The position numbers and the translations under genes were made by a program. Under the pieces are notes generated by a model. That model was not told the DNA's origin. It did no database searches and saw only the letters and a program-made list of their open reading frames with translations. Below are positions 23,501 through 32,625 of a DNA stretch of 48,783 nucleotides, piece after piece (the first letter of the stretch is position 1; each line of letters begins with the position of its first letter). The stretch spans positions 47,647,627-47,696,409 of the forward strand of contig NC_068995.1 in NCBI RefSeq assembly GCF_001194135.2, read 5' to 3'. This stretch comes from Octopus bimaculoides. Taxonomy: Eukaryota.

Positions 23501-26500
23501 GGTTCAGGAAATAGATGGTAAATGTTTTTTTCATTCCCTTTCGAAATTGTCCCTAATTGTGGTTTGGAGTTTGATTGCTCTTTCTATCGGGTTAGATGTC
23601 CTATTATGGACATCTCTCTTATGTGTTTAAATGTACACTGTATGTATTTATATGAATAATATATAGTCTATTGACTAGTTTTTTTTCTTCTCGCTATACC
23701 ACTGGTAGCAAATAGAATTTCTAAATTTTTTGCTACCCTGAGATTTATTAATATATATATATAAATGATGAAATGGAAAGATTGACACATATACAAGACA
23801 AATTAAACCTCCTCTCCATTCTGTTTCACAGATTCATCATTGTCATCCTCATCAGTTTTAAATCTGCTTTCTCTGAGAATTTGCTGTTTTTAGGAATACT
23901 AATGCAGAAAATAAACTCACCATTTCAATACATCTTCTAAAAAATATTCTTTCACCTCAAATAATGTTCCTGGAACTGTGAAAAGATAAATAGACAATAC
24001 AGTAATAGATTACACTTAGTTTACTTTCACACACACTCATACACATGAAAACGAATGTTTTTAATTAAATCCAGAATATTTAGCTTCTTCGCAAATGGGG
24101 AATTTTGGTATATATTTCTTTGTAAATTCTGGATTCCCATTAAGTATTGCTCCACAGAGCAGTGTCACAGAGAGAATTACCGTAGTGGCATAAATATACA
24201 AAACAATAAAGGAGCCTGAATATGGTTGCTGGAATTGCTAGAAACAGAAGCCCAATCTCCCTCAAGTCACATCCTACCCATCTATACAAAGAAGGATGTA
24301 TGTGGAGCCAGGATAAGGTAGCCTTGGATGTATTATACTTTTAACAAAGACAGAATGATCACGGTTTGACTATCTCTGATCATAGGTCTGCTCAATCAAG
24401 ACATACCAGAGGTTAAACAACTACTACTATAAGTCAAGAAAGGAGCTTCTAGAAAGGGTTCACAACTCTCCATCAACTTTATTTTTCTACTCTGGGCACA
24501 AGACTTGAAATTTCTGGGGGAGGGGGCCAGTCGATAAGATCGACCCTGGTACACAACTGGTACTTAATTTATCGACCCTGTCTCATGCAGCCCTCATCTT
24601 GAAGAAGGTTGCCCATGCCAGGTTTAGGGTATCTGGCAGAAACATTAGCTCACCGGACGAAACGCTTAGTGGTATTTCATCTGTCTTTACATTCTGAGTT
24701 CAAATTCTGTTGAGGTCGACTTTGCCTTTTATCCTTTCGGGGTCGATAAATTAAGTACCAGTTATGCACTTGGGTCGATGTAATCGACTTAATCCCTTTG
24801 TCTGTCCTTGTTTGTCCCCTCTGTGTTGAGTCCCTTGTGGGCAATAAAGAAATAAGAAAGCATGCCACAACAGAGAGTTGGAGTTCAGACAGCTCTCTGC
24901 TAGCCAGCTACATGTCAAACTGTCCAACCCATGCCAGCATGGAGACCAGGTGTTAAACGATGATGGTGATGATGACATTATCGGGGTCCAGAACCTCCAT
25001 GCCCAAATTTACAACATTTGAGTGAACAGAAAACAAGATCATGGGTAACAAAGATGAAGATGGGGCAACGACATCAGGGACTGGACAGGGAAGACCTTGT
25101 CAAAGGGTATGGTTACAGCACAAGTCTATAGCATATAGTGAGGAGTTGTGGTTGTGTTTGAGGCCCTTGACTGACCCCGTGCCATGAAGCGGGGGCCTGT
25201 TTATCATCAATGCTTCATCTAACTGTTCAGATGAGGAATATAGTTAAAGCAAAACAGTACTTACTGCTTACGAAAGCACAGTTGCTGAAATAATTAATAA
25301 ACAGTTCAGTATTTAATGCTGCACTCATTAAAACCAACTTCAGATTCTTGAAACGTGGAAGTACATCTCGTAAGGTTATGAGCAGGAAATCACTGTATCT
25401 GTCTCTTTCGTGAATTTCATCCTGTATCAAGGAAAAGCAACAATATAAATACTTTTAAGCACACACACAAACACACTTGCATGCAAATACACAAGCATAC
25501 ATACAAATATGCATAGGTGCAAGCATGGTTATGCGAAATTCATAAATGTATGGGTGCAGGCATTGCTTCCCAACCACATGGTTCCAGCTGGAAGGCAGCC
25601 TGGGACAAATGCTTCTTTTGGCTGTAGAGAAAAAAGGAGAAAGAAAAAACACACACACTCAACACCATAGCTGAAGACACCTCTGAAAATGGGGGCTCCA
25701 CCACATTGAAAATGGTAGAGGAGTAGGGGCCAAAACCAGACATGGTTCCTCCTGATGATGTCTTTAGCCACTGGATCCTATAAAGGAGCTGTTGAGGTAG
25801 CAAACCACCAAACGTGGTTAGAATTCCTCAGAGAGAGAGAGAGAGATGTATGCAAATATAAAATAACATCAACTTACGACAATGATGTGTGTAACAGTGT
25901 TCAAAGCAGCATCACTCCCCATAAGTGTCCTCAGTAATACTCCAGTGGTGCAGAAAATCAACAAAGTTCGTGGCGACACCCTTGCAAAAGAAAGAAATGA
26001 AAACTCCATAAATTACACTAAGCATACCAAGAAAACTCCCTACTCCCTGTTAATTAATTACTTTCGACTAGATAAAGGTGTACAAAATAATTTGCCTATA
26101 TTGCTCATAGTTAAGCATTGGTGTGGATATTGGTGCCACGTAGACAGCACTGGTGATGGTGCCACATTAAAAAAGGACCCAGTACACTCTGTAAAGTGGA
26201 TGGTATTAACAAGGGCATCCAGCTGTAGAAACCATGTCAAAACAGACTATGGAACCTGATCCCTAGCCAGTTCCTATCAAGCTGTCCAACCCATGCCAGC
26301 ATGGAAATTGGACATTAAATGTTGACAATGATGATGATAAGACCAAATGTGCAATGGCATAAATTTTCAAGATGTATTTTACATCTGTGAGGGTGCATAG
26401 CCAGTGGTTAGGACATTGCTCTCACAATCGCTAGACCGTGGGTTCAATTCCAGACCGAGCGGTGCACTGTGTTCTTGAGCAAAACACTTCATTTCACATT

Positions 26501-29074
26501 GCTCCAGTCCACTCAGCTGCTGATGGGTCACCCTATGAGGGACCACGATTCCAATCAGGGGGAATGTTGGCCTGCTTGCCAAGCCAACAGGGTGGCATCA
26601 TTCGAAAACTAAAACGGTACAAAGCGCATTGTGACCAGCGATGTATAACACTCGATGGTCTGGCCAAAATGTGATCACATGAATTTACTTCCAGTTTGCT
26701 ATATTCATTGATTTATTTATTTATGCAGAAGAGGCTTCGCCTTACTGGCATTTGTGCCGGTGGCACGTAAAAAACACCATTTGATGCTGATGATGATGGA
26801 CATGGCCGAGTGGTTACGGTGATGGACTAGAAATCCATTGGGGTCTCCCTGCATAGGTTCGAATCCTATCAGCATCATCATCGTTTAACATCCGCTTTCC
26901 ATGCTAGCATGGGTTGGACGATTTGACTGAGGACTGGTGAACCAGGTGGCTACACCAGGCTCCAATCTGATTTGGCAGAGTTTCTACAGCTGGATGCCCT
27001 TCCTAACGCCAACCACTCTGAGAGTGTAGTGCCACCGGCACGAAGGCCAGTCAGGTGGTACTGGCAACGGCCACACTCAAAATGGTGTATTTTAAACGTT
27101 AATATTTTCATTGGCAGTGCCCCAGCATGGCCACAGCCTTAGGACTGAAAGAATAAAAGGATACACATATAAGAATATGCATTTATGTGTCTTTTGAGCT
27201 TGCAGTGTAAAATCTACATCCAGTTTGTGGTTCTTACTTGCTTTCAAGACGTATCTGGTAGCCGACAATCTGGCCAATCTTTTCTCCTCGTTCAGCAGAA
27301 ACTCTCTCGGCAATAGATAAGGCAGCAATTCTGCGTGGTTGGGCACAGAATATTCTACACAGCTTCCCTTTATTGTGGTGGTCATTCAGAATTATTTGTG
27401 GCACCTAAAGTAAGATGAGAAGACAAAAGAAAAACATGTTAGGCCAGCGGATTAAACCGTAAGGTTAGATCAACAAATGGATTACCTGGAAGAATTAAAT
27501 CAGTAGATCTTAATGCTTTGGATTCCAATGCCACCTTTTATCAAAAACGACCCCTTTGCAGCTTTAGCAAGAAAAAAAACAGCAAATTATTTAAAGTTAA
27601 TTATTTTCTTATATTGGTAATTAGCAGAGGCATTAGAGCCAGATAGACTGCTTCGCAGTAATAACTGCGATTCTCTCAGCTCTGAGTTCAAATTTCACAA
27701 AGGGCAACTTTTCTTTTAATTTTTCCAAGGTCAATTAAATCAAACACCGGTCCTGTACTGTGGTCAATATTTTCTTTCTCTAACCTCTTTCTTTGATTTT
27801 GCTGTTCATCTCTTTCTCACTGACCAGGAAGAAATTGACCACAGCTAGAACTGGAAACAGGTTGAGCAGCAGCAGGTTAAATAAAAAGTGCACAAAATAT
27901 GCTGTGTATCATGATGGTGCACCTGAGATTCCAGCAAGGTGTTAAGAGCCCATGATATGGATTGGCAAATTCACCCATCTAGTGACACCTATTGGATATT
28001 TGCATGGAATGGTGTTAAACTTTTAGCAAAATTATTAAAGAAAGCAAAGATTTATACAATGTTCTCATATCATTTATATGATGTTATATGATTGAATTCA
28101 AAACAATGCCATTGGGAAACAACCACTTGGTTGTTGGGAAGGTCCAACTCCACTAAGGTACTGAAAGCTGATCTCTGGTAACATAAGGTCCTGTCCAGTT
28201 CATATTTTAACCCTCGGACAGACTATGTTTGAAACACAAGTACAGTAATACCTTGATATATGAGTTAATTTGGTTCCTTTCTGAGTTCTTTTACAGTACT
28301 TATAAAAACTGAAGGGCTGCTGCACTAAGTGTGTGAATCAGAGAGGGGAATATACTCTTTTACTTGTTTCAGTCATTTGACTGTGACCATGCTGGAGCAC
28401 CGCCTTTAGTCGAGCAAATCGACCCCAGGACTTATTCTTTGTAAGCCTAGTACTTATTCTATCGGCCTCTTTTACTGAACCGCTAAGTTACGGGGATATA
28501 AACACACCAGTATCAGTTGTCAAGCAATGCTGAGGGGACAAACACAGACACACAAACATATATACATATATATGACAGGCTTCTTTCAGTTTCTGTCTAC
28601 CAAATCCACTCACAAGGCTTTGGTCGGCCCGATGCTACAGTAGAAGACACTTGCCCAAGGTGCCACGCAGTGGGACTGAACCCGGAACCATGTGGTTGGT
28701 TAGCAAGCTACTTACCACACAGCCACACCTGCGCCTATTATTATAATATGTTGAATACAGTCATAATTAACTGATCCTACTGTATTTCCTATTACCCAAA
28801 GCCAGGAACTTGGCAGCAACCCTTCATACATAGAAAACGTCATCTAACCTGGGTGGTTTTTCCAGAACCAGTTTCACCCGTTACTAACACAACCTGGTGG
28901 CTGTCCAGTGCTTGTAGAATTTCATCAGCATGTTGGTAGATGGGTAACGTCTCGCGAAGTCCTGACACTGTAGATTCTCCACTTTTAGGAGGAACCTGTG
29001 GCACGCCGTTACTGAGGCGACCAACTGAAGTTTTCATGATGTCTCTGCCTGGAGAACAAGAAGAAGAACAATAA

Positions 29075-29106
<32 letters not shown>

Positions 29107-32001
29107 ATGATAATCCTTTTTACTGTAGGCACAAGGCCTGAAATTTTTGGAGAGTGGGTAAGTTGATCACATCGACCCCAGTATGCAACTGGTACTTAAT
29201 TTATCGAGTCTAAAAGGATGAAAGGCAAAGTCAATATATATATATATGTAGAGAGAGAGAGAGAGGGAGAGAGAGAGAGGGAGAGAGAGAGAGGGAGAGA
29301 GAGACAGACAAACAGATAAATAAGTAGAGAGAGAGAGATAGAGAGATATATATAGATAGATAGATAGAGGGAGATAGATAGATAGACAGAAGGACAGATA
29401 AATAGGTAGATAGAGAGATAGATAGACAGACAGACAGGTATCTCAAGCTTCTCACAGTTTCTATCTCCCAAATCCCTTCACAAGGCATTGGTTACAGTAG
29501 TAAACAATTGTCTAAGTTGCTGTGCAGTGGACCTGAACTCCGGACCACATGGTTGAGAAACGAATTTCACAACCACTCAGTCATGAATGTGCAGATGGTA
29601 TTATTACCAATTCTTGGTCTTTTGATTAAGATTAAAAATTGTAGTACTAGGTAAGTTTCATGGTGGATTGGTGTTAAGAGATAAAACAAATAAAAATAAT
29701 GAAAGCAAAGGGGCACTAATTAACTGAGTAATAAGGTAACGAAGAAGTAGTGGCTACTTACCATCACCCAAGGATTTCTCAGGCTTGGGAAATAAATCTT
29801 GCCGTTCTTTGTTTGTAAGGGGATATCTTTGCATTAGGGTTCTTATGTGTTGTCTTGAGTTCTTTTCCAGGTTGAAAGTGGCAACTTGGCGCTGTGTGAC
29901 ATTGTTGTTCTTTTTAGTAACTGTAAGGAACCGATTTGAATTTTTCCTGGAAAAAAAAAAATTTTAAAAAAATAAAATAGGCATCACACGATGGGACTGA
30001 ACCCAAAACAATGTGATTGGGAAGCCAACTTCTCAACCACACAACCATGCCAGCCTCATCATATGTGTATGTGTGTGTATATATATATCTGTAAATAGTA
30101 TGTGACAATTATTCGGTACCCATGGATGGCCAGATAACTAAAGAGATGGCAGCGTGGGTTTCCACCCCAGCATCTGAAACTCAGAGTTTTATCATGGCTA
30201 CCGAATAATTGTCACATATTATTTACAGATAAATTCCTTTATTTATACAATATCAAGGTCTCTTTCTTTCTTTTGTTNNNNNNNNNNNNNNNNNNNNNNN
30301 NNNNNNNNNNNNNNNNNNNNNNNNNNNNNNNNNNNNNNNNNNNNNNNNNNNNNNNNNNNNNNNNNNNNNNNNNNNNNNNNNNNNNNNNNNNNNNNNNNNN
30401 NNNNNNNNNNNNNNNNNNNNNNNNNNNNNNNNNNNNNNNNNNNNNNNNNNNNNNNNNNNNNNNNNNNNNNNNNNNNNNNNNNNNNNNNNNNNNNNNNNNN
30501 NNNNNNNNNNNNNNNNNNNNNNNNNNNNNNNNNNNNNNNNNNNNNNNNNNNNNNNNNNNNNNNNNNNNNNNNNNNNNNNNNNNNNNNNNNNNNNNNNNNN
30601 NNNNNNNNNNNNNNNNNNNNNNNNNNNNNNNNNNNNNNNNNNNNNNNNNNNNNNNNNNNNNNNNNNNNNNNNNNNNNNNNNNNNNNNNNNNNNNNNNNNN
30701 NNNNNNNNNNNNNNNNNNNNNNNNNNNNNNNNNNNNNNNNNNNNNNNNNNNNNNNNNNNNNNNNNNNNNNNNNNNNNNNNNNNNNNNNNNNNNNNNNNNN
30801 NNNNNNNNNNNNNNNNNNNNNNNNNNNNNNNNNNNNAAAGTCGTGTTTATTTGCTTGCTTGTCAATGGACAAGATATCTCAAGAACCGCTGGATGGATTC
30901 GGATGAAACTTTCAGGAATGTTTGGCCTTATGACTGGCACAAACTGACTAGATTTTGCAATCGATCCGGTACCGGACAAGGATTCTGGATTATTTTTACT
31001 GTTTTTTTTTTTTTTACTTAATTTTTGAGAGCAGTTGGGTTCATTTTTAGTATTCCCGTTTGTGAGAGCAGACGAGTTTAATTCAGATATTCTCATTTTA
31101 AAAATCATCTCCAGCTAATCGTTGAGAGGATGTTGGTGTTGCCTTGGTGGAGGTTTGCACTCTCTGGGTAAGTATTGCCTACAAATGACCGCAACAAGTA
31201 AAAGACAAAAGATAAAATACAAATATTGGAAACTCACCTTTCTGGCATTCATTACTGCGGAAGTTATCGATTGCCATATGAACTGCAATTTTCACTTCTT
31301 CCCCAATACAGATAGCCTGTCCGGGTCGTGGCCCATGATTACTGTTCCTGCCAATGCCTGTAGGGAGGCCGTTCTTGACACCCTTGAAATAATGTGATGA
31401 GGTATTGTTGTGTGATGACCCATTTCTGGTGGTGGCGGAGGAAAACAAAGACAAGAAGTAAAAGGACTTTCATACATATAATATATAGGAAAATAAAGCA
31501 ACTGCTGTAATCTTACATGTAATGAAACATAATGTGTCCTGTCGGTCACACGAGAGGGAAGGAAGAGAAAAACAATCAATAGAGTGAGTGACAGTCAGAG
31601 GCAGTAAAGCAGGCAAACAGCTTTCGAAAGTTTTACTCTACAGACGCTGGTAGTTACATCAAAACTGCAAATTTTTACTGTGAACTGTATTTAGTTTATC
31701 AGTTTCATACTCATACGCACAGATACATAAACAAGTTATGTGAACGATAACACACACACACACATATATATATATACACGTAGTACCATGCGAGTCTTCG
31801 GTCACTTTTAACTATTGTAAATTTCTACTAATTGCCAACTTATAAGTGGAGGTTCCACATTGCGTTTTTATGGTCCCTGTTAGTGTATGTTTCCATTCAT
31901 GTGCGTTAACTACAGCATTAGTGGTTTAGCTCTTATTTCTAGCAATGTAGGTGTTTCCTAACATCCTAGTCACATTTGTTTATTTTTACGTATTTTGACC
32001 A

Positions 32002-32056
<55 letters not shown>

Positions 32057-32079
32057 CACACACATACATATATATGTAT

Positions 32080-32132
<53 letters not shown>

Positions 32133-32625
32133 TATATATATACACACATACATATATACACACACACATATATATATATATATATTTGTGACACACACAC
32201 ATATATATATACACACAGGAACATTTTGCTCGTGTTATAAGCTGTATGTATGTTTGTGTTTACATGTACATACATACATACACACACGTATTTGTGTGTA
32301 TATATGTGTATATAAGTACGTGTGTGTGTGTCCAGGTCTTGATGTTTTGCCAAAGACCTAAATTTTAACAGACCAGATGACTGTGGTGGAGGAAGAATGA
32401 AACTAAACAAATCGGAACACAACGAACGTGTATCAACATTGTTAGGGATAACAAAAAAAAAAAAATCAAAGACAGATTTTAAAAATCAATCCACGGGTAA
32501 ATTGTAAAGGTAGATTAAAGGTATGGCATAAATAATCACCTGAAATTGGCGCCAGTCTGTGGAGAAATCACATCATAAACAGGGGTGAATGCTCGCGAGC
32601 GACTCTGATAGCCACCTGACGCCAT
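2956..32625 (-). CDS. YTHDC2: YTHDC2-like DEAH-box RNA helicase gene: 26 visible exons, 3 exons presumably in N-gaps, 3' end (YTH domain) outside the window
   Basis: Hand-spliced exons give motifs GETGSGKT (I), QPRR (Ia), TTGVLLR (Ib), DEIH (II), SAA (III), [16 protein letters not shown] (V) and QRKGRAGR (VI). Also an ankyrin insert between the RecA domains ([19 protein letters not shown]), HA2, [19 protein letters not shown] and [22 protein letters not shown], which I recognise as YTHDC2-specific. Splice phases chain correctly except across two gap-containing introns. Confidence 0.95.
3210..3420 (+). mobile_element. Interspersed repeat family C (GGTTGGCGTTAGGAAGGGCATCCAGCTGTAGAAAC...GTTAAACGATGATGATG), SINE/LINE-tail-like with a (GAT)n end
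   Basis: Copies at approximately 930-1220, 8050-8405, 9785-9897, 12540-12790, 17030-17154, 19800-20005, 20500-20690, 22440-22710, 23150-23350, 26130-26340 and 26880-27090, in both orientations. Confidence 0.85.
4052..4148 (-). CDS. YTHDC2: YTHDC2 exon: [32 protein letters not shown]
   Basis: tccag|GCT acceptor, G|gtaagt donor. GLQQP.GIGQRP is conserved. Confidence 0.93.
4496..4591 (-). CDS. YTHDC2: YTHDC2 exon: [32 protein letters not shown]
   Basis: tctag|AGT acceptor, GAG|gtaaat donor. Confidence 0.93.
4714..5200. repeat. Degenerate minisatellite, about 8 units of roughly 45-70 bp, core GAATATGCTATTCAACAGG
   Basis: The core recurs with the spacer TCTGTGTGCATTTGGT...CCAGCAGTCAG. Confidence 0.85.
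5394..5530 (-). CDS. YTHDC2: YTHDC2 exon: DDRKC...[29 protein letters not shown]
   Basis: tatag|AT acceptor, GAG|gtagga donor. LDEWL motif. Confidence 0.9.
5814..6058 (-). CDS. YTHDC2: YTHDC2 OB-fold exon: KEMKIRLH...[12 protein letters not shown]...[18 protein letters not shown]...
   Basis: ttcag|A acceptor, G|gtgagg donor. Confidence 0.93.
6097..6563. mobile_element. hAT-like non-autonomous element with an internal 24-30 bp minisatellite (GGAGTCAGAGGTGCCAATAGTAGA)
   Basis: Termini AAGGACTGTGGAGTCG and CAACTCCACAGCCCTG are imperfect TIRs. ATAATAAC (8 bp, low complexity) lies on both sides. Minisatellite spans 6311-6535. Confidence 0.65.
7423..7661 (+). mobile_element. tRNA-headed SINE with an internal (TAA)n linker and a Penelope-like 3' part, 11-bp TSD
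   Basis: Head GTGGTTAAGAGCGCGGGC...GAGTTCGATTC. ATAAAACATAA is duplicated at 7412-7422 and 7662-7672. Confidence 0.8.
7564..7609 (+). ncRNA. Putative minimal type I hammerhead ribozyme
   Basis: Stem I GACAC/GTGTT, core CTGACGA plus an extra A, stem II GGCTG/CAGCC, GAAA, palindromic stem III AACGTT, cleavage triplet GTT. Confidence 0.6.
7743..7919 (-). CDS. YTHDC2: YTHDC2 exon: [46 protein letters not shown]...
   Basis: tctag|A acceptor, GC|gtaagt donor. Near-identical to the remembered YTHDC2 segment. Confidence 0.95.
9220..9326 (-). CDS. YTHDC2: YTHDC2 exon: [36 protein letters not shown]
   Basis: tatag|TT acceptor, CAG|gtgagt donor. Confidence 0.93.
10700..10865 (-). CDS. YTHDC2: YTHDC2 HA2 exon: [55 protein letters not shown]
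   Basis: ttcag|CAA acceptor, T|gtaagt donor. Confidence 0.95.
11205..11390 (+). mobile_element. Tc1/mariner-like left-end fragment
   Basis: TA followed by CGAGGGGGTGCTGAAAAGTTCC, a typical mariner TIR start. No right end seen. Confidence 0.55.
11394..11666. mobile_element. piggyBac-like MITE
   Basis: TTAA on both sides. TIRs CCCTTTTGTTACCATATCTCTGTTGA and TCAACAGAAATATGGTAACAAAAGGG match at 25/26. A nested TTAACCCTTCTGG end and a further fragment extend to about 11797. Confidence 0.85.
12355..12474 (-). CDS. YTHDC2: YTHDC2 exon: [11 protein letters not shown]...[10 protein letters not shown]
   Basis: ttcag|GAA acceptor, AAG|gtaact donor, winged-helix/HA2 region. Confidence 0.95.
13255..13470. 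repeat. 216-bp palindrome (104/106-bp arms, 6-nt loop) with head-to-head (TTAGGG)3/(CCCTAA)3 at the centre
   Basis: The arms differ by 6 substitutions and one 2-nt indel (counted by eye). Confidence 0.95.
13872..13977 (-). CDS. YTHDC2: YTHDC2 exon: [35 protein letters not shown]
   Basis: ttcag|T acceptor, CAT|gtaagt donor. Confidence 0.95.
15321..15403 (-). CDS. YTHDC2: YTHDC2 exon: [28 protein letters not shown]
   Basis: tccag|AAA acceptor, CG|gtaggt donor, first half of motif VI. Confidence 0.95.
15563..15643 (-). CDS. YTHDC2: YTHDC2 exon: [27 protein letters not shown]
   Basis: ttcag|ATT acceptor, GAG|gttagt donor, motif V. Confidence 0.95.
15985..16185. repeat. Foldback/MITE-like palindrome with 94-bp arms and a 13-nt loop
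   Basis: The arms differ at 3 positions. Weak extension to 15976/16194 near TTAA. Confidence 0.95.
16505..16592 (-). CDS. YTHDC2: YTHDC2 exon: [29 protein letters not shown]
   Basis: ttcag|A acceptor, ATT|gtacgt donor. RecA2 LHS motif. Confidence 0.93.
18330..18505 (-). CDS. YTHDC2: YTHDC2 exon: NSPEDN...[36 protein letters not shown]
   Basis: gatag|G acceptor, G|gtaagt donor. Confidence 0.93.
19215..19407 (-). CDS. YTHDC2: YTHDC2 ankyrin-repeat exon: [20 protein letters not shown]...[18 protein letters not shown]
   Basis: catag|TC acceptor, CG|gtaaat donor. Ankyrin TALM/GA.VN/WA pattern. Confidence 0.95.
20188..20326 (-). CDS. YTHDC2: YTHDC2 exon: [26 protein letters not shown]...[14 protein letters not shown]
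   Basis: ccaag|AAG acceptor (NAGNAG), G|gtaagg donor. [10 protein letters not shown] is conserved in YTHDC2. Confidence 0.92.
21989..22119 (-). CDS. YTHDC2: YTHDC2 exon: [18 protein letters not shown]...LDKALE
   Basis: tttag|TG acceptor, GAG|gtaatt donor. Confidence 0.85.
22708..22802 (-). pseudogene. tRNA-Ser(AGA)-like sequence, copy A, embedded in a repeat composite
   Basis: TGGCCGTGTGGTTAAGGTG ATGGA CTAGAAA TCCAT, long variable arm, ATAGG TTCGAAT CCTAT. The acceptor stem is displaced by an insertion. Confidence 0.7.
22949..23001 (-). CDS. YTHDC2: YTHDC2 small exon: [17 protein letters not shown]
   Basis: ttcag|G acceptor, G|gtgagt donor, 53 nt, phases fit both neighbours. Confidence 0.88.
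23921..23975 (-). CDS. YTHDC2: YTHDC2 small exon: [19 protein letters not shown]
   Basis: cacag|TT acceptor, TG|gtgagt donor, 55 nt. Confidence 0.92.
25265..25421 (-). CDS. YTHDC2: YTHDC2 exon: [14 protein letters not shown]...[17 protein letters not shown]
   Basis: acag|GAT acceptor, A|gtaagt donor, motifs II and III. Confidence 0.95.
25878..25980 (-). CDS. YTHDC2: YTHDC2 exon: [34 protein letters not shown]
   Basis: gcaag|G acceptor, GTC|gtaagt donor, motif Ib. Confidence 0.95.
26783..26877 (+). pseudogene. tRNA-Ser(AGA)-like sequence, copy B, inverted relative to copy A
   Basis: Anticodon AGA at 26829-26831, with A- and B-boxes present. Confidence 0.7.
27238..27404 (-). CDS. YTHDC2: YTHDC2 exon: VPQIILND...[40 protein letters not shown]
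   Basis: ttag|GTG acceptor, AA|gtaaga donor, motif Ia. Confidence 0.95.
28849..29048 (-). CDS. YTHDC2: YTHDC2 exon with Walker A: [16 protein letters not shown]...[11 protein letters not shown]...[12 protein letters not shown]
   Basis: ccag|GC acceptor, CAG|gttaga donor, 200 nt. Confidence 0.95.
29236..29440. repeat. Compound (TA)(GA)(GATA)n microsatellite
   Basis: Direct reading. It explains ORFs 29196-29471 and 29231-29488. Confidence 0.9.
29762..29920 (-). CDS. YTHDC2: YTHDC2 exon: VTKKNN...[31 protein letters not shown]
   Basis: tacag|TT acceptor, G|gtaagt donor, 159 nt, phase 1-1. Not in the ORF track in this frame. Confidence 0.9.
30088..30229. mobile_element. Short Tc1/mariner-type MITE
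   Basis: Inverted repeats ATCTGTAAATAGTATGTGACAATTATTCGGTACCCATG at 30087-30124 and 30193-30230 match at 36/38. TA flanks both ends. Confidence 0.75.
31238..31425 (-). CDS. YTHDC2: YTHDC2 exon 2: ...[25 protein letters not shown] (start of R3H region)
   Basis: ccag|A acceptor, G|gtgagt donor. EEVKIAV resembles the YTHDC2 N-terminus. Confidence 0.9.
32004..32215. repeat. (TA)/(CA)/(TACA) compound microsatellite in intron 1
   Basis: Direct reading. Confidence 0.95.
32540..32625 (-). CDS. YTHDC2: YTHDC2 visible exon 1 (start codon): [28 protein letters not shown]
   Basis: ATG in gcaATGG context with an in-frame TAA 13 codons upstream. Ends AG|gtgatt (phase 2), matching the phase-2 start of exon 2. 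Not supported by conservation. Confidence 0.7.

Noticed and set aside
26783-26877. Functional tRNA-Ser gene
   Set aside because: There is no canonical acceptor stem at the normal position, each copy has a D-arm mutation, and no oligo-T terminator follows. Kept as a tRNA-like pseudogene.
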